Below, piece after piece: positions 7,140-15,790 of a stretch of DNA of 32,000 nt. The position numbers and the translations under genes were made by a program. Below the pieces are notes generated by a model. That model saw only the letters and a program-made list of their open reading frames with translations. It was not told the DNA's origin and ran no database searches. The DNA is from Acaryochloris thomasi RCC1774. Its GTDB lineage: Bacteria; Cyanobacteriota; Cyanobacteriia; Thermosynechococcales; Thermosynechococcaceae. Where the stretch lies: assembly GCF_003231495.1 (NCBI RefSeq), contig NZ_PQWO01000002.1, forward strand, positions 529,164-561,163, read 5' to 3'. Each line of letters begins with the position of its first letter. Position 1 is the first letter of the stretch.

Positions 7140-8594
7140 CTACAGTTGCACAACCCGGAGCGTTTGCAGTTCGGGATCCGTACATCCTGTAATATTCCCC
7201 CCTGCGGCCTTAATCTGACGCAGGTAGTCTAAGTCGGTCTCCATAATTGTGCTGCCGGGATAGAGGACCGGAATGCCGGGGGGATAGGGACAAACCAGTT
7301 CGGCACTGATTCGATCGGCTGCTTCTGTCCAAGGAACAGTTTCTTGGGCAGAAAAGGCTGCTGCCCTCGGTGAAATCTGAGGCATTGAGATTATCGCTCG
7401 TTCCCAAATAGATGGAGCGGGCTGTTCAGCGCCTCCCGGCTTCTGCGCAATTTTCTTGAGTGCCTGCACCAGCTGATTAAGATCGGTCTGTGTTGTTCCC
7501 AAACTAGGAATGAAGGTGAGGTGAGAGGGGGTCGGAAGTTCCGCCGTGACGGCTAGCTGCTCATGGAGAATCTGGTCAACCCGTAAACCATTGAGACCTA
7601 GGGGACTGACGCCAACTGTTAACCGGGTGGTGTCTAGGGTGGCAAAGCCTGCCGTAGATGAGGAGGGGCTGAGAATCGAGAGTCCGCTAATCTGCTGGAG
7701 CTGTTGGCGGGTCGCGTCAACCCTCTGGAGCAACTGTCCCATAATTTGATTGCCCTGCAGCACCATCTGCTGACGGGCCGCATCAAGAGAGGCCAGCAGG
7801 AGGTAGCTGGGGCTTGTGGATTGCACCCACTGCAGGGACTGGTTGATTCGCTGGGAGGAAATACGAGCGCCCTGCGTATGCAGCATCGCCGCCTGAGTCA
7901 TCGCTCCCAGAACTTTGTGGGTTGATTGAACAACCAGATCTGCGCCTAGCGATAGTGCCGATGGCGGCAGGTCAGAATGAAAGGCAAAGTGAGGACCGTG
8001 GGCTTCATCAATCAGTAACGGAATGCCGTGGTTGTGAGTGAGGGTTGCGATCGCATCCACTTCACCACAGACTCCCTCATAGGTCGGAGAGGTGATCATC
8101 ACCGCCTTGGCCCGTGGATAACGCTCTAAAGCCTGCCGCACTCTAGCAGGGGAAACACAGTAAGCGAGTCCGGTCTCCACCTCAGGCTCCACAAAAATTG
8201 GCATGGCTCCCGAAAGAATCAGGCCCGAGATCGCAGAGCGATGACAGTTCCGAGGCAAGATAAGCTGATCGCCTGGATTGCAAACGGCCAGAATTGCCGC
8301 CGTTACACCACAGGTAGATCCGTTGGTGAGGAACCAAGTTTGATCAGCACCAAAAGCTCCTGCCGCTAGAGCTTGGGCTTCAGCGATCACTCCGTCAGGT
8401 GCAAACAGATCATCCAGCTCGGGTAGCTCAGGTAAATCAGCTTGCAAGACAGCACGACCAAAGACCTGCAGTAACGCTTGAGGGCTTCCCCGACCTCGCT
8501 TATGACCGGGCGTATAAAATCCAGCATGGTCACGGCGACTAGAACTCTGAAGCGCCTGCAGCAAAGGAGTGCAACTTTGATCCATTGAACTCAT
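7140..8594 (-). CDS. PLP-dependent Orn/Lys/Arg decarboxylase family protein (fold-type I)
   Basis: The ORF is 484 aa. It has the motifs FYTPGHKRG, TNGSTCG and DEAHG, and the PLP-lysine motif STHKVLGAMTQ. The C-terminal domain (CPYPPGIPVLYPG) is typical of the OKR decarboxylase family. Substrate cannot be assigned from sequence. Confidence 0.85.
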   Translation of the reverse strand: MSSMDQSCTPLLQALQSSSRRDHAGFYTPGHKRGRGSPQALLQVFGRAVLQADLPELPELDDLFAPDGVIAEAQALAAGAFGADQTWFLTNGSTCGVTAAILAVCNPGDQLILPRNCHRSAISGLILSGAMPIFVEPEVETGLAYCVSPARVRQALERYPRAKAVMITSPTYEGVCGEVDAIATLTHNHGIPLLIDEAHGPHFAFHSDLPPSALSLGADLVVQSTHKVLGAMTQAAMLHTQGARISSQRINQSLQWVQSTSPSYLLLASLDAARQQMVLQGNQIMGQLLQRVDATRQQLQQISGLSILSPSSSTAGFATLDTTRLTVGVSPLGLNGLRVDQILHEQLAVTAELPTPSHLTFIPSLGTTQTDLNQLVQALKKIAQKPGGAEQPAPSIWERAIISMPQISPRAAAFSAQETVPWTEAADRISAELVCPYPPGIPVLYPGSTIMETDLDYLRQIKAAGGNITGCTDPELQTLRVVQL

Positions 8595-8878
8595 AGCAAT
8601 GACTTTCTTTAAATAGTTTGACGGGTTTAATCTCCGACTCCAATGATGAGTCAGAGATCAGCGGACATTTCAAGCTTGACGGGCTATTTTGGAGTGAAAT
8701 TATGCAAGAGAAATCGCAGGGAATCAGATCCCAAATTAAAAAAACACCTTGAAACATCACAAAAGCCTATTCGAGAATCATTAAGGGATTGTATTTTTCC
8801 TGATAGTGGCTCTTGAGAATGTCATAAACTAACACCACTAAAGTTGCTTACCTGAAAAAAGTAGTGAGGGAAAAGAGT

Positions 8879-11800
8879 ATGGGGCGTTGGGTCATATTAC
8901 TTGTCAATCGGTTTCCCTTCGTGGCATGTCTTTTAGCAAGTACTGCTGTGGCAGATGTGGCTTTGGCAAAGAATACTGAAAGTACCGCAGCCATCTCTTC
9001 AACAACGAATCGCATTGGAAACGTTCAAGACACTGAACAAAATAACCTGACAAACTCTCCCTTCTACCTCTCAGCGGGGACAATGTGTAACGGTGACTCC
9101 ATTGTGGAGCTTTCGTTTAGAAATCCGTCGAAGGAAAACAATCAAAATCGGCGAGATATACCTGCCGGAACGATCTATCGTTTCGCGGGCGTTGCCCCTG
9201 GCATTGATGCTTTGGTTACTGTTGAAAGCTTAAACAATGGGGCCACACTGGGTGCCATCGACAATCCCAATACAGGCTCAGTGGATGCCCTACAGCCTAG
9301 TCTCACGCCTTCCAGACGAGGCGGCGACTCAAGTGTGGACTTGAACATTAGATTTGTCGAGGCAGGGACTAACACACCCACAATCATCAAAGCCTTCAAC
9401 GCTTCGGGGGTGGACATTGACGGAGATAGCCGCAGTCTGAGGGAGTACATCGAACTGGATGGATTCTCTAGCTATACCCTCGAAAATCCGACGACCCTGA
9501 CACCGGCAATTAGCCCTCCAACCGGGCGTTTTGAGTCGAACACAACAAAGACTCAACCCGGTATCAGCACTGATGCAACGCAGACATTGGTCACGGCCTC
9601 GTACCAAGACGTCAGCAGTTTCCGCTACCGCATTGGAGCATTGAATCCGCGCAATAGCCGAAGTGGAGATCGACTCAACTCTTTATCTTTTAGTTGCCTC
9701 CCGTTTAAGGAACCAGAAACCGAGGCGGGACCAGCCCCCGCACCAGCTAACAATCCACCTGATGCCGTAGATGACACCAACACAACGGCTATCGATACCC
9801 CCGTAAGCGGTAGTGTTCTAGATGGCAGTAATGGTGGACTTGATAGTGATCCTGACGATGATGAACTAACGGTTACTGAGAATACTGATCCTTCTAACGG
9901 AACCGTCGCTGTCAGTCCTGATGGTGCCTACACCTACACACCTAATGCTGGATATAGTGGCACTGATAGCTTTACCTATACTATCTCTGACGGCAAAGGT
10001 GGTACTGATACAGCCACCGTTACGATAACCATTCCAGAACCAGAACCTACGGCAGAGAATAATCCACCCGATGCCGTAGATGACACCAACACAACTCAGG
10101 TAGACACCCCTGTCAGCGGTAGTGTCTTAGATGGCAGCAGCGGTGGGACCGATACGGATCCTGATGACGATGAACTAACCGTTACTGGAAATACTGATCC
10201 TTCTAACGGAACCGTCGCTGTCAGTCCTGATGGTGCCTACACCTACACACCTAATGCTGGATATAGTGGCACTGATAGCTTTACCTACACCATCTCGGAC
10301 GGTAAGGGCGGTACCGATACCGCCACCGTCAACATCACTGTTGAACCAGAGGCAAAGCCAGAAAACGAACCAGAACCAGGAACAGAGAATAATCCGCCTG
10401 ATGCAGTGGATGACATCAACACCACGCCCCTAGATACGCCTGTCAAGGGTGATGTCCTAGACGGTAGTAATGGTGGATTAGATAGCGATCCTGATGATGA
10501 TGAACTGACCGTTACTGGAAATACTGATCCTGCCAACGGCACTGTCACCGTCGAGCCGGATGGCACCTATACCTATACTCCCAACTCTGGGTTCAGCGGC
10601 AGCGATAGTTTCACTTACACCATCTCTGATGGTAAAGATGGTACTGATACGGCAACGGTCAACATCACTGTTGAACCAGAGACGACGACAGAAACTGATC
10701 CAGAGCCAGGAGCGGAGAATAATCCGCCCGATGCTGTGGATGACGCCAACACCACGCCGTTGGATACGCCTGTTAGCGGTAGCGCTTTAGACGGCAGCAA
10801 TGGTGGACTAGATATTGATCCGGATGATGACGACCTAACCGTTACTGAAAATACCGAACCCGCTAACGGAACCGTCACTGTTGAGCCAGATGGCACCTAT
10901 ACTTACACTCCTAATCCTGGGTTCAGCGGTACTGATAGCTTTACGTACACTATTTCTGATGGCAAAGGCGGTACTGATACTGCCACAGTCAATATTACGG
11001 TTGAGCCTGGTTCAATGCCTGCTACAACGGAAGAACCTGAGCGTTCCTCTTTGGCCGGAAAAATCGTGATCAATGAGGTTTTGTATAAGCAAACGGTGCC
11101 GGGGAACATTGGGGCCGATAAGAATGATGAATTCATTGAGCTATACAATGCATCCGACGAGCCAATTGATATTGGCGGGCTGCAGTTGCTTGATGGAAAT
11201 GCGATCTCAAATGACACAGACGGCAACGGCAGCATCACAGGCCGAGCTACCCCCTATACCTTCCCTAAAGGAACTATCTTGCAGCCTGGCGAATACGCCG
11301 TCGTTTGGATTGGTGACGAGAAGGATGCTGCTGGCAACCCCATTGCAGCTCATCAAGCACCCGACGCTGCCTTTCAAACTTGGCTGGGTCAACGTCCTAA
11401 ACTCAATAACGCAGGGGATGATGTCTGGCTCTATGATGATGAGCTGAACATTGTCGATTACGTCGCCTTTGGAGAAAACAAAGGCAGTAGTAAAGGCATA
11501 AATACACCGCCACCCGCCTCCCTTAATCTATGGGACGATACCCATCAAACTTCATTGGGAGGTGTTCCTAATGGCCAGTCCATCAGTTTGACCGCAAACG
11601 GTTCAGATTCTGATACAAGTGCCTGCTGGGAAGCCACAACCAGCGGCGACGCAAGCGAGCGCTGTCCTGGATACCTAGATACGGTTGACTCAGATTCAGT
11701 AGGCAATCGCCTAACCAGTGTTGCTGGCAATAACAACACTGCACCGACTGACCCAGATCCAGACCCTCAACCGGATCCAGATCCTCAGCCAGATCCAGAT

Positions 11801-12448
11801 CCAGATCCCCAACCAGACCCAGACCCTCAACCAGATCCAGATCCAGACCCTCAACCAGACCCAGATCCAGACCCTCAACCAGACCCAGACCCAGACCCAG
11901 ACCCAGACCCAGACCCAGACCCCGATCCGGACCCAGACCCTCAGCCAGATCCGGATCCTCAGTCAGACCCTGATCCAGACCCTCAGCCTGGTCCTGGAAC
12001 TATTCGGGTGCCGGTTCCAACACCGACGCCAACGATACCTGGATCGCCAACACCGACTCCCGGTTCAACTCCAGCGCCCGCTCCTGTTCCCACAACTCCA
12101 CCGCCAGCCTCGGCTCCACCTGCTCCAGCTCCTGCAGAACCTACTCCAGAGGCTCCTAGCTCACGGCCCTCCACCAGAACAACACCGCCCACGATCTTGG
12201 TTCCAGGAGCTGGATCTGCGCCAGGATCTACGCCTGTACCAACGACGCCATCTACTCCAGGAACTACGCCGGTGCCAGGATCTTCACCCGCACCCGCAGC
12301 TCCTGCCCCTGCTGCTCCTAAGCCCGTTGAATCTGGCCCTGTTTCTGAACCACCAGAAGATCCTCAGCCTTTGGATCAAAGTGATTCTCTGCTTGAACCA
12401 ACAGCCTCCCCGGAACCGACTCCTCCGCCTGTTCCAGCCTTATGGTAG
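8879..12448 (+). CDS. Large secreted repeat protein: unknown N-terminal domain, 4 Ig/cadherin-like (tandem-95/Big_9-type) repeats, lamin-tail domain (LTD), PD-repeat spacer, Pro-rich tail
   Basis: The ORF is open from GTG 8864. ATG 8879 is preceded by GGGAAAAGAG and gives a signal peptide (MGRWVILLVNRFPFVACLLASTAVADVALA). Four repeats of NNPPDAVDD-NTT-DTPV-G-VLDGS-GG-D-DPDDDELTVT-NT-P-NGTV-V-PDG-YTYTPN-G-SG-DSFTYTISDGKGGTDTATV-ITV follow. The LTD signature is IVINEVLY...DEFIELYNASDEPIDIGGLQL...NNAGDDVWLYD (about 11060-11470). Then come PDPDPQ repeats and a P/T/A/S-rich tail. No recognisable C-terminal sorting signal is present. Confidence 0.9.
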   Translation: MGRWVILLVNRFPFVACLLASTAVADVALAKNTESTAAISSTTNRIGNVQDTEQNNLTNSPFYLSAGTMCNGDSIVELSFRNPSKENNQNRRDIPAGTIYRFAGVAPGIDALVTVESLNNGATLGAIDNPNTGSVDALQPSLTPSRRGGDSSVDLNIRFVEAGTNTPTIIKAFNASGVDIDGDSRSLREYIELDGFSSYTLENPTTLTPAISPPTGRFESNTTKTQPGISTDATQTLVTASYQDVSSFRYRIGALNPRNSRSGDRLNSLSFSCLPFKEPETEAGPAPAPANNPPDAVDDTNTTAIDTPVSGSVLDGSNGGLDSDPDDDELTVTENTDPSNGTVAVSPDGAYTYTPNAGYSGTDSFTYTISDGKGGTDTATVTITIPEPEPTAENNPPDAVDDTNTTQVDTPVSGSVLDGSSGGTDTDPDDDELTVTGNTDPSNGTVAVSPDGAYTYTPNAGYSGTDSFTYTISDGKGGTDTATVNITVEPEAKPENEPEPGTENNPPDAVDDINTTPLDTPVKGDVLDGSNGGLDSDPDDDELTVTGNTDPANGTVTVEPDGTYTYTPNSGFSGSDSFTYTISDGKDGTDTATVNITVEPETTTETDPEPGAENNPPDAVDDANTTPLDTPVSGSALDGSNGGLDIDPDDDDLTVTENTEPANGTVTVEPDGTYTYTPNPGFSGTDSFTYTISDGKGGTDTATVNITVEPGSMPATTEEPERSSLAGKIVINEVLYKQTVPGNIGADKNDEFIELYNASDEPIDIGGLQLLDGNAISNDTDGNGSITGRATPYTFPKGTILQPGEYAVVWIGDEKDAAGNPIAAHQAPDAAFQTWLGQRPKLNNAGDDVWLYDDELNIVDYVAFGENKGSSKGINTPPPASLNLWDDTHQTSLGGVPNGQSISLTANGSDSDTSACWEATTSGDASERCPGYLDTVDSDSVGNRLTSVAGNNNTAPTDPDPDPQPDPDPQPDPDPDPQPDPDPQPDPDPDPQPDPDPDPQPDPDPDPDPDPDPDPDPDPDPQPDPDPQSDPDPDPQPGPGTIRVPVPTPTPTIPGSPTPTPGSTPAPAPVPTTPPPASAPPAPAPAEPTPEAPSSRPSTRTTPPTILVPGAGSAPGSTPVPTTPSTPGTTPVPGSSPAPAAPAPAAPKPVESGPVSEPPEDPQPLDQSDSLLEPTASPEPTPPPVPALW
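9749..11009 (+). repeat. Four tandem coding repeats (309, 330, 330 and about 292 bp units)
   Basis: Unit starts (AAYAATCCRCCYGATGC) are at 9749, 10058, 10388 and 10718. Units 1 and 2 share a 98-nt perfectly identical tract (9881-9978 = 10190-10287). Confidence 0.9.
11750..11989 (+). repeat. Hexanucleotide-based microsatellite (CCAGAY/CCNGAY)n encoding (PD)n and PDPDPQ repeats
   Basis: About 240 bp of GACCCAGAYCCAGACCCTCAA-type units lie inside the large CDS. This includes a run of about 7 perfect GACCCA hexamers around 11881-11925. Confidence 0.9.
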
Positions 12449-12502
12449 GAGGCACCGTCAACCCCCGTTGCTAGCCTCGGCTAGAGAGAGCCAATAAGGT
12501 CA

Positions 12503-12561
12503 GCGATCCTTTGCGTATTTCTGCAGGCTGGCAACGCGCAAAGGATCGCGCTAGTGTTTTT
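12503..12561 (+). terminator. Candidate terminator of the large secreted-protein gene
   Basis: A perfect 13-bp inverted repeat pairs GCGATCCTTTGCG (12503-12515) with CGCAAAGGATCGC (12537-12549). The loop is 21 nt. TTTTT lies at 12557-12561, 7 nt after the stem. The large loop and the offset T-run lower confidence. Confidence 0.4.
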
Positions 12562-12612
12562 AAGGATTGCCAAAGCAATCGGATGTACAAACGGGAGCCA
12601 TAATCACAAACA

Positions 12613-13704
12613 ATGTTAAGAGCCGGTATTGTCGGACTGCCAAATGTGGGCAAGTCTACGTTGTTCAATGCTTTGGTTGCCAATGCTAAGGCAGAGGCCG
12701 CGAATTTTCCTTTTTGTACGATTGAGCCTAATGTTGGCGTCGTAACGGTGCCGGATGAACGCCTTCAAGTACTGTCAGATATTGCAACCTCAAAAGAGAT
12801 TGTGCCCACCCGAGTGGAGTTTGTTGATATCGCGGGGCTAGTGGCAGGGGCCAGTCAAGGAGAGGGACTCGGCAATAAGTTCCTAGCCAATATTCGTGAA
12901 GTAGATGCGATCGCACATGTGGTGCGCTGCTTCGACGACGATGACATTATCCATGTCTCAGGCTCGGTGGATCCCGCGCGAGATATTGAAGTGATCAATC
13001 TAGAGCTAACGCTCTCCGATCTGGGACAGGTAGAGCGCCGAATGGAACGCGCTCGCAAGGCTGCCCGCAGCAGCAAGGAAGGCCAGTTTGAGATGACAGT
13101 CTTAGAGAAGCTGCGCGAAGCACTCGATGCGGGGAAAAGCGCCCGACAGGTTGATCTGAGTCCAGAAGAAGTTCAGGTGATTCAAGGGCTGGGACTCTTG
13201 ACGCAGAAGCCGATCATCTATGCCGCTAATGTCTCAGAAGAAGATTTAGCTTCGGGGAATGCTTGGGTTGAAGAGGTCCGTAAGATTGCAGCAGAGGAAC
13301 AGGCACAAGTGGCTGTTGTCTCCGCTCAGGTGGAGTCAGAGCTGGTGGAGCTACCCGAAGAGGAACGCGGGGATTACTTAGAGTCTCTGGGTGTTGAAGA
13401 AGGCGGGCTGCGAACGCTCATTCGCGCCACCTACGAACTATTGGGACTGAGAACCTTTTTCACCTCAGGCCCACAAGAAACCCGTGCTTGGACCATCCGA
13501 GCGGGTGACAAGGCACCTCAAGCTGCTGGAGAGATCCACACCGATTTTGAGCGTGGTTTCATTCGGGCTGAAACGGTTGCCTACGATGATCTGGTGAGCA
13601 CGGGTTCAATGGGTGCCGCGAAGGAGAAAGGACTCATTCGCAGTGAAGGGAAGGAGTACGTTGTCAAAGAAGGCGACGTACTGCTGTTTAGGTTTAACGT
13701 TTAG
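12613..13704 (+). CDS. ychF: Redox-regulated ribosome-binding ATPase YchF
   Basis: The 363-aa ORF has the N-terminal P-loop [17 protein letters not shown] and the motifs [11 protein letters not shown] and DIAGLV. The C-terminal TGS-like region reads [13 protein letters not shown]...[14 protein letters not shown]. Confidence 0.95.
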   Translation: MLRAGIVGLPNVGKSTLFNALVANAKAEAANFPFCTIEPNVGVVTVPDERLQVLSDIATSKEIVPTRVEFVDIAGLVAGASQGEGLGNKFLANIREVDAIAHVVRCFDDDDIIHVSGSVDPARDIEVINLELTLSDLGQVERRMERARKAARSSKEGQFEMTVLEKLREALDAGKSARQVDLSPEEVQVIQGLGLLTQKPIIYAANVSEEDLASGNAWVEEVRKIAAEEQAQVAVVSAQVESELVELPEEERGDYLESLGVEEGGLRTLIRATYELLGLRTFFTSGPQETRAWTIRAGDKAPQAAGEIHTDFERGFIRAETVAYDDLVSTGSMGAAKEKGLIRSEGKEYVVKEGDVLLFRFNV

Positions 13705-13706
13705 CG

Positions 13707-13802
13707 TTAGTCAGCAACCTTGAGAAGGAAGTAGCCTAAGCCGATGCCTACGAGAATGAGGCTGAAGCAAAGGAATGCTGTGTTGAAAATTTCGCCACCC
13801 AT
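13707..13802 (-). CDS. petM: Cytochrome b6-f complex subunit 7 (PetM)
   Basis: This 31-aa ORF falls below the ORF-track cutoff. It translates to [31 protein letters not shown]. It closely parallels remembered Nostoc/Mastigocladus PetM (..E.L.NAALLSFGLIFVGW.LG.LLLKIQG..). It consists of a single TM helix. Confidence 0.75.
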   Translation of the reverse strand: MGGEIFNTAFLCFSLILVGIGLGYFLLKVAD

Positions 13803-13891
13803 GTTTTGATCGTCCTGTTAATCGAATACTGTAATCTCTCTACCTATTTAACCGTTTAGCGGTCAACCGTGTCTATCGTCTGGATTCGTTC

Positions 13892-15538
13892 TTACGGATC
13901 GAGCTGGGCATCTAACTGAACGTCAAACTCGGTTTCAAAACACTGCTTTTTGTAGGTGAGACTCCACAGCTCTAGGGCACAGTCTTCGTCGGGACGACTG
14001 GGCTGAACGTGGAGATTGAGGGTTTTCTGCTCTGGATCGTAATCACACCGGAAAGTCGCCACTGCCCCACTCTGGCGACGATCAAGACCTACGGCTAACT
14101 TAAGAATGGCGCTGAGCTGGTTAACAATCTGGCGCTGAGTTTCGTTCGCTAGGTTCTGATAGTTCTGGTGGCGCTTTTTCGGTGGGCCTTTGCGGTGATA
14201 GCGTGCCAAGTTAGCGACGATTTCAACTTCAGGGTCCGTATAGCCCAGCAGCCCGCCGTGGCGAATCAGATAATAAGAATGCTTATGATGGGCAGAGTGA
14301 CTGACAAAGTGACCGGCGTTATGCAAGATGGCGGCGGCCCACAGTAGCTCCCGCTCGACATCGGTCCACTGATGGAGGATGCCTTGCGTTTGCTCAAAGA
14401 GACTCACCGCAAATTGAGCAATTCGTTGGGCGGCTTCTAGGTCAACGCCATACTTCTGGGCGAGGTTAAGGGCGCTTCGCTGCCGAATAGAGCCTTGGTA
14501 GCGTAGCCGATCTTCAATCAGGCCGTGGGTGAGCATCCAGTCTACGATTACGCCTTCGCGTAGGGCACGTCCGCAGGCGGTAATCGAGTCGATCCCGAGT
14601 AGGCTCATGGCTTCTTGCAGGACGACGGCCCCAGCCACAATGATTTCAGCCCGTCGTTCTGACATGCCCGCTATTTTGCAGCGTTCGTCATAGCTGAGTT
14701 TCCGGAGGCGGTGGGTGAGCTTTTGCAGGTCTTCTAGCGATAAGATGTGTCCGTGTAGTGAGGTGGGACAGGCTCCGAGGGTTTCGCAAGCGTGGATTTT
14801 AATTAGACTTTCGATGGTGCCTGAGGTGCCGATTAGTTGGGGCTGCTCGTTGGGGGAAAGATGCGATCGCAACTCTTCCACGGGCCATTCCAGCTTGCCC
14901 CGCACGTAGGCCTGCAGGCACTCAAATTCATGTTTTGAAATGGGGTCTGTGGTTAAAAAGTCTTCCGTGAGCCTCACTGCGCCCACCTTAGTGCTGCTGA
15001 GGTAGCGAGGCTCGCGCCCGTCGCCCAAAATAATTTCGGTGGAGCCACCCCCAATATCAACAATGACGTGGGGCTTGTGGTCAAACTCAACCCCTGACAG
15101 TACGCCCAGATAGATCCGCCGCGCTTCTTCTGGGCCAGAAATAAGATTAATTTTAAGGCCCAGTTCTTTTTCTACGGCCTGGATAAACGTGCTGCCGTTG
15201 GGCGCTTCTCGCACCGCGCTGGTGGCAACTGCAATCACGTGGTTGACGTCTAGACCTCGTGCAATTTCTTGGCAGCGACGCAGGGCTGAAATCGCTCTCA
15301 CCGTGGCCTCAGGGGTTAAATTACCCGTGTCGGGGCAGCGCTCCCCTAGCCGTACCGTGCTTTTTTCGGCATCGACAATATCGAAGGCGGGCAGGTCGGG
15401 ATTAATCTTGACCACCACCATATGAATCGAGTTAGTGCCAATATCAATGGCCGCCAATGTCTTGACCTCTCGCGGCTGCAAGGCACTGGGCCACTGTTGC
15501 AGCGATGAGGGATCCTGGCTATTGATCTGCGTCACCAT
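13892..15538 (-). CDS. ppx: Ppx/GppA-family exopolyphosphatase / guanosine pentaphosphate phosphohydrolase with HD domain
   Basis: The motif AAIDIGTNSIHMVVVKI marks the ASKHA fold, along with DIGGGSTE. The C-terminal HD region reads LHNAGHFVSHSAHHKHSYYLI. The ORF is open to TTG 15568. ATG 15538 is preferred because it is preceded by GGGGAAAAAG. Confidence 0.9.
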   Translation of the reverse strand: MVTQINSQDPSSLQQWPSALQPREVKTLAAIDIGTNSIHMVVVKINPDLPAFDIVDAEKSTVRLGERCPDTGNLTPEATVRAISALRRCQEIARGLDVNHVIAVATSAVREAPNGSTFIQAVEKELGLKINLISGPEEARRIYLGVLSGVEFDHKPHVIVDIGGGSTEIILGDGREPRYLSSTKVGAVRLTEDFLTTDPISKHEFECLQAYVRGKLEWPVEELRSHLSPNEQPQLIGTSGTIESLIKIHACETLGACPTSLHGHILSLEDLQKLTHRLRKLSYDERCKIAGMSERRAEIIVAGAVVLQEAMSLLGIDSITACGRALREGVIVDWMLTHGLIEDRLRYQGSIRQRSALNLAQKYGVDLEAAQRIAQFAVSLFEQTQGILHQWTDVERELLWAAAILHNAGHFVSHSAHHKHSYYLIRHGGLLGYTDPEVEIVANLARYHRKGPPKKRHQNYQNLANETQRQIVNQLSAILKLAVGLDRRQSGAVATFRCDYDPEQKTLNLHVQPSRPDEDCALELWSLTYKKQCFETEFDVQLDAQLDP

Positions 15539-15790
15539 CGACTTTTTCCCCAACGGAATGGAACCCAAGCGGGCCTTAGAAATATCACCTTATTCCCACT
15601 CTCTACCATGCCTTTGTTGGGGGCGGGCGGCAAGCTTTTAGGTCAATTTCTGGCAGCGTTACCGTTTTGGAAACAGAGCCACTGATGCTAGAACCGGCAG
15701 GACAATAGAAGATGGGGAGAGGGTAAAGTATCGCACTGCGAATTTTGCGTTTTCCTACGAACGCCCACCCACGTAGCAGGAAATCAGAGT

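Noticed and set aside
8595-8863. Possible cobalamin riboswitch upstream of the decarboxylase-cbiT pair
   Set aside because: The region is AT-rich. Only an isolated GCCACT hexamer is present, far from the start codon. There is no B12-box context and no conserved GC-rich helices.
10285-10896. Two 93-aa minus-strand ORFs (10285..10566, 10615..10896) with near-identical sequences
   Set aside because: They are antisense shadows of repeat units 2-4 of the large + strand CDS. Their similarity to each other simply mirrors the coding repeats.
9749-11009. Regular tandem repeats considered as a possible CRISPR-like array
   Set aside because: The period is 309-330 bp and the units are diverged copies of a protein domain in one long ORF. 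There is no short conserved repeat and unique spacer structure.
11718-12497. 259-aa ORF rich in QIQTLNQ repeats on the + strand
   Set aside because: It is the +1/+2 frame reading of the PD/PDPDPQ hexanucleotide repeat and Pro-rich tail of the large CDS 8879..12448. Its openness is a by-product of low-complexity repeats.
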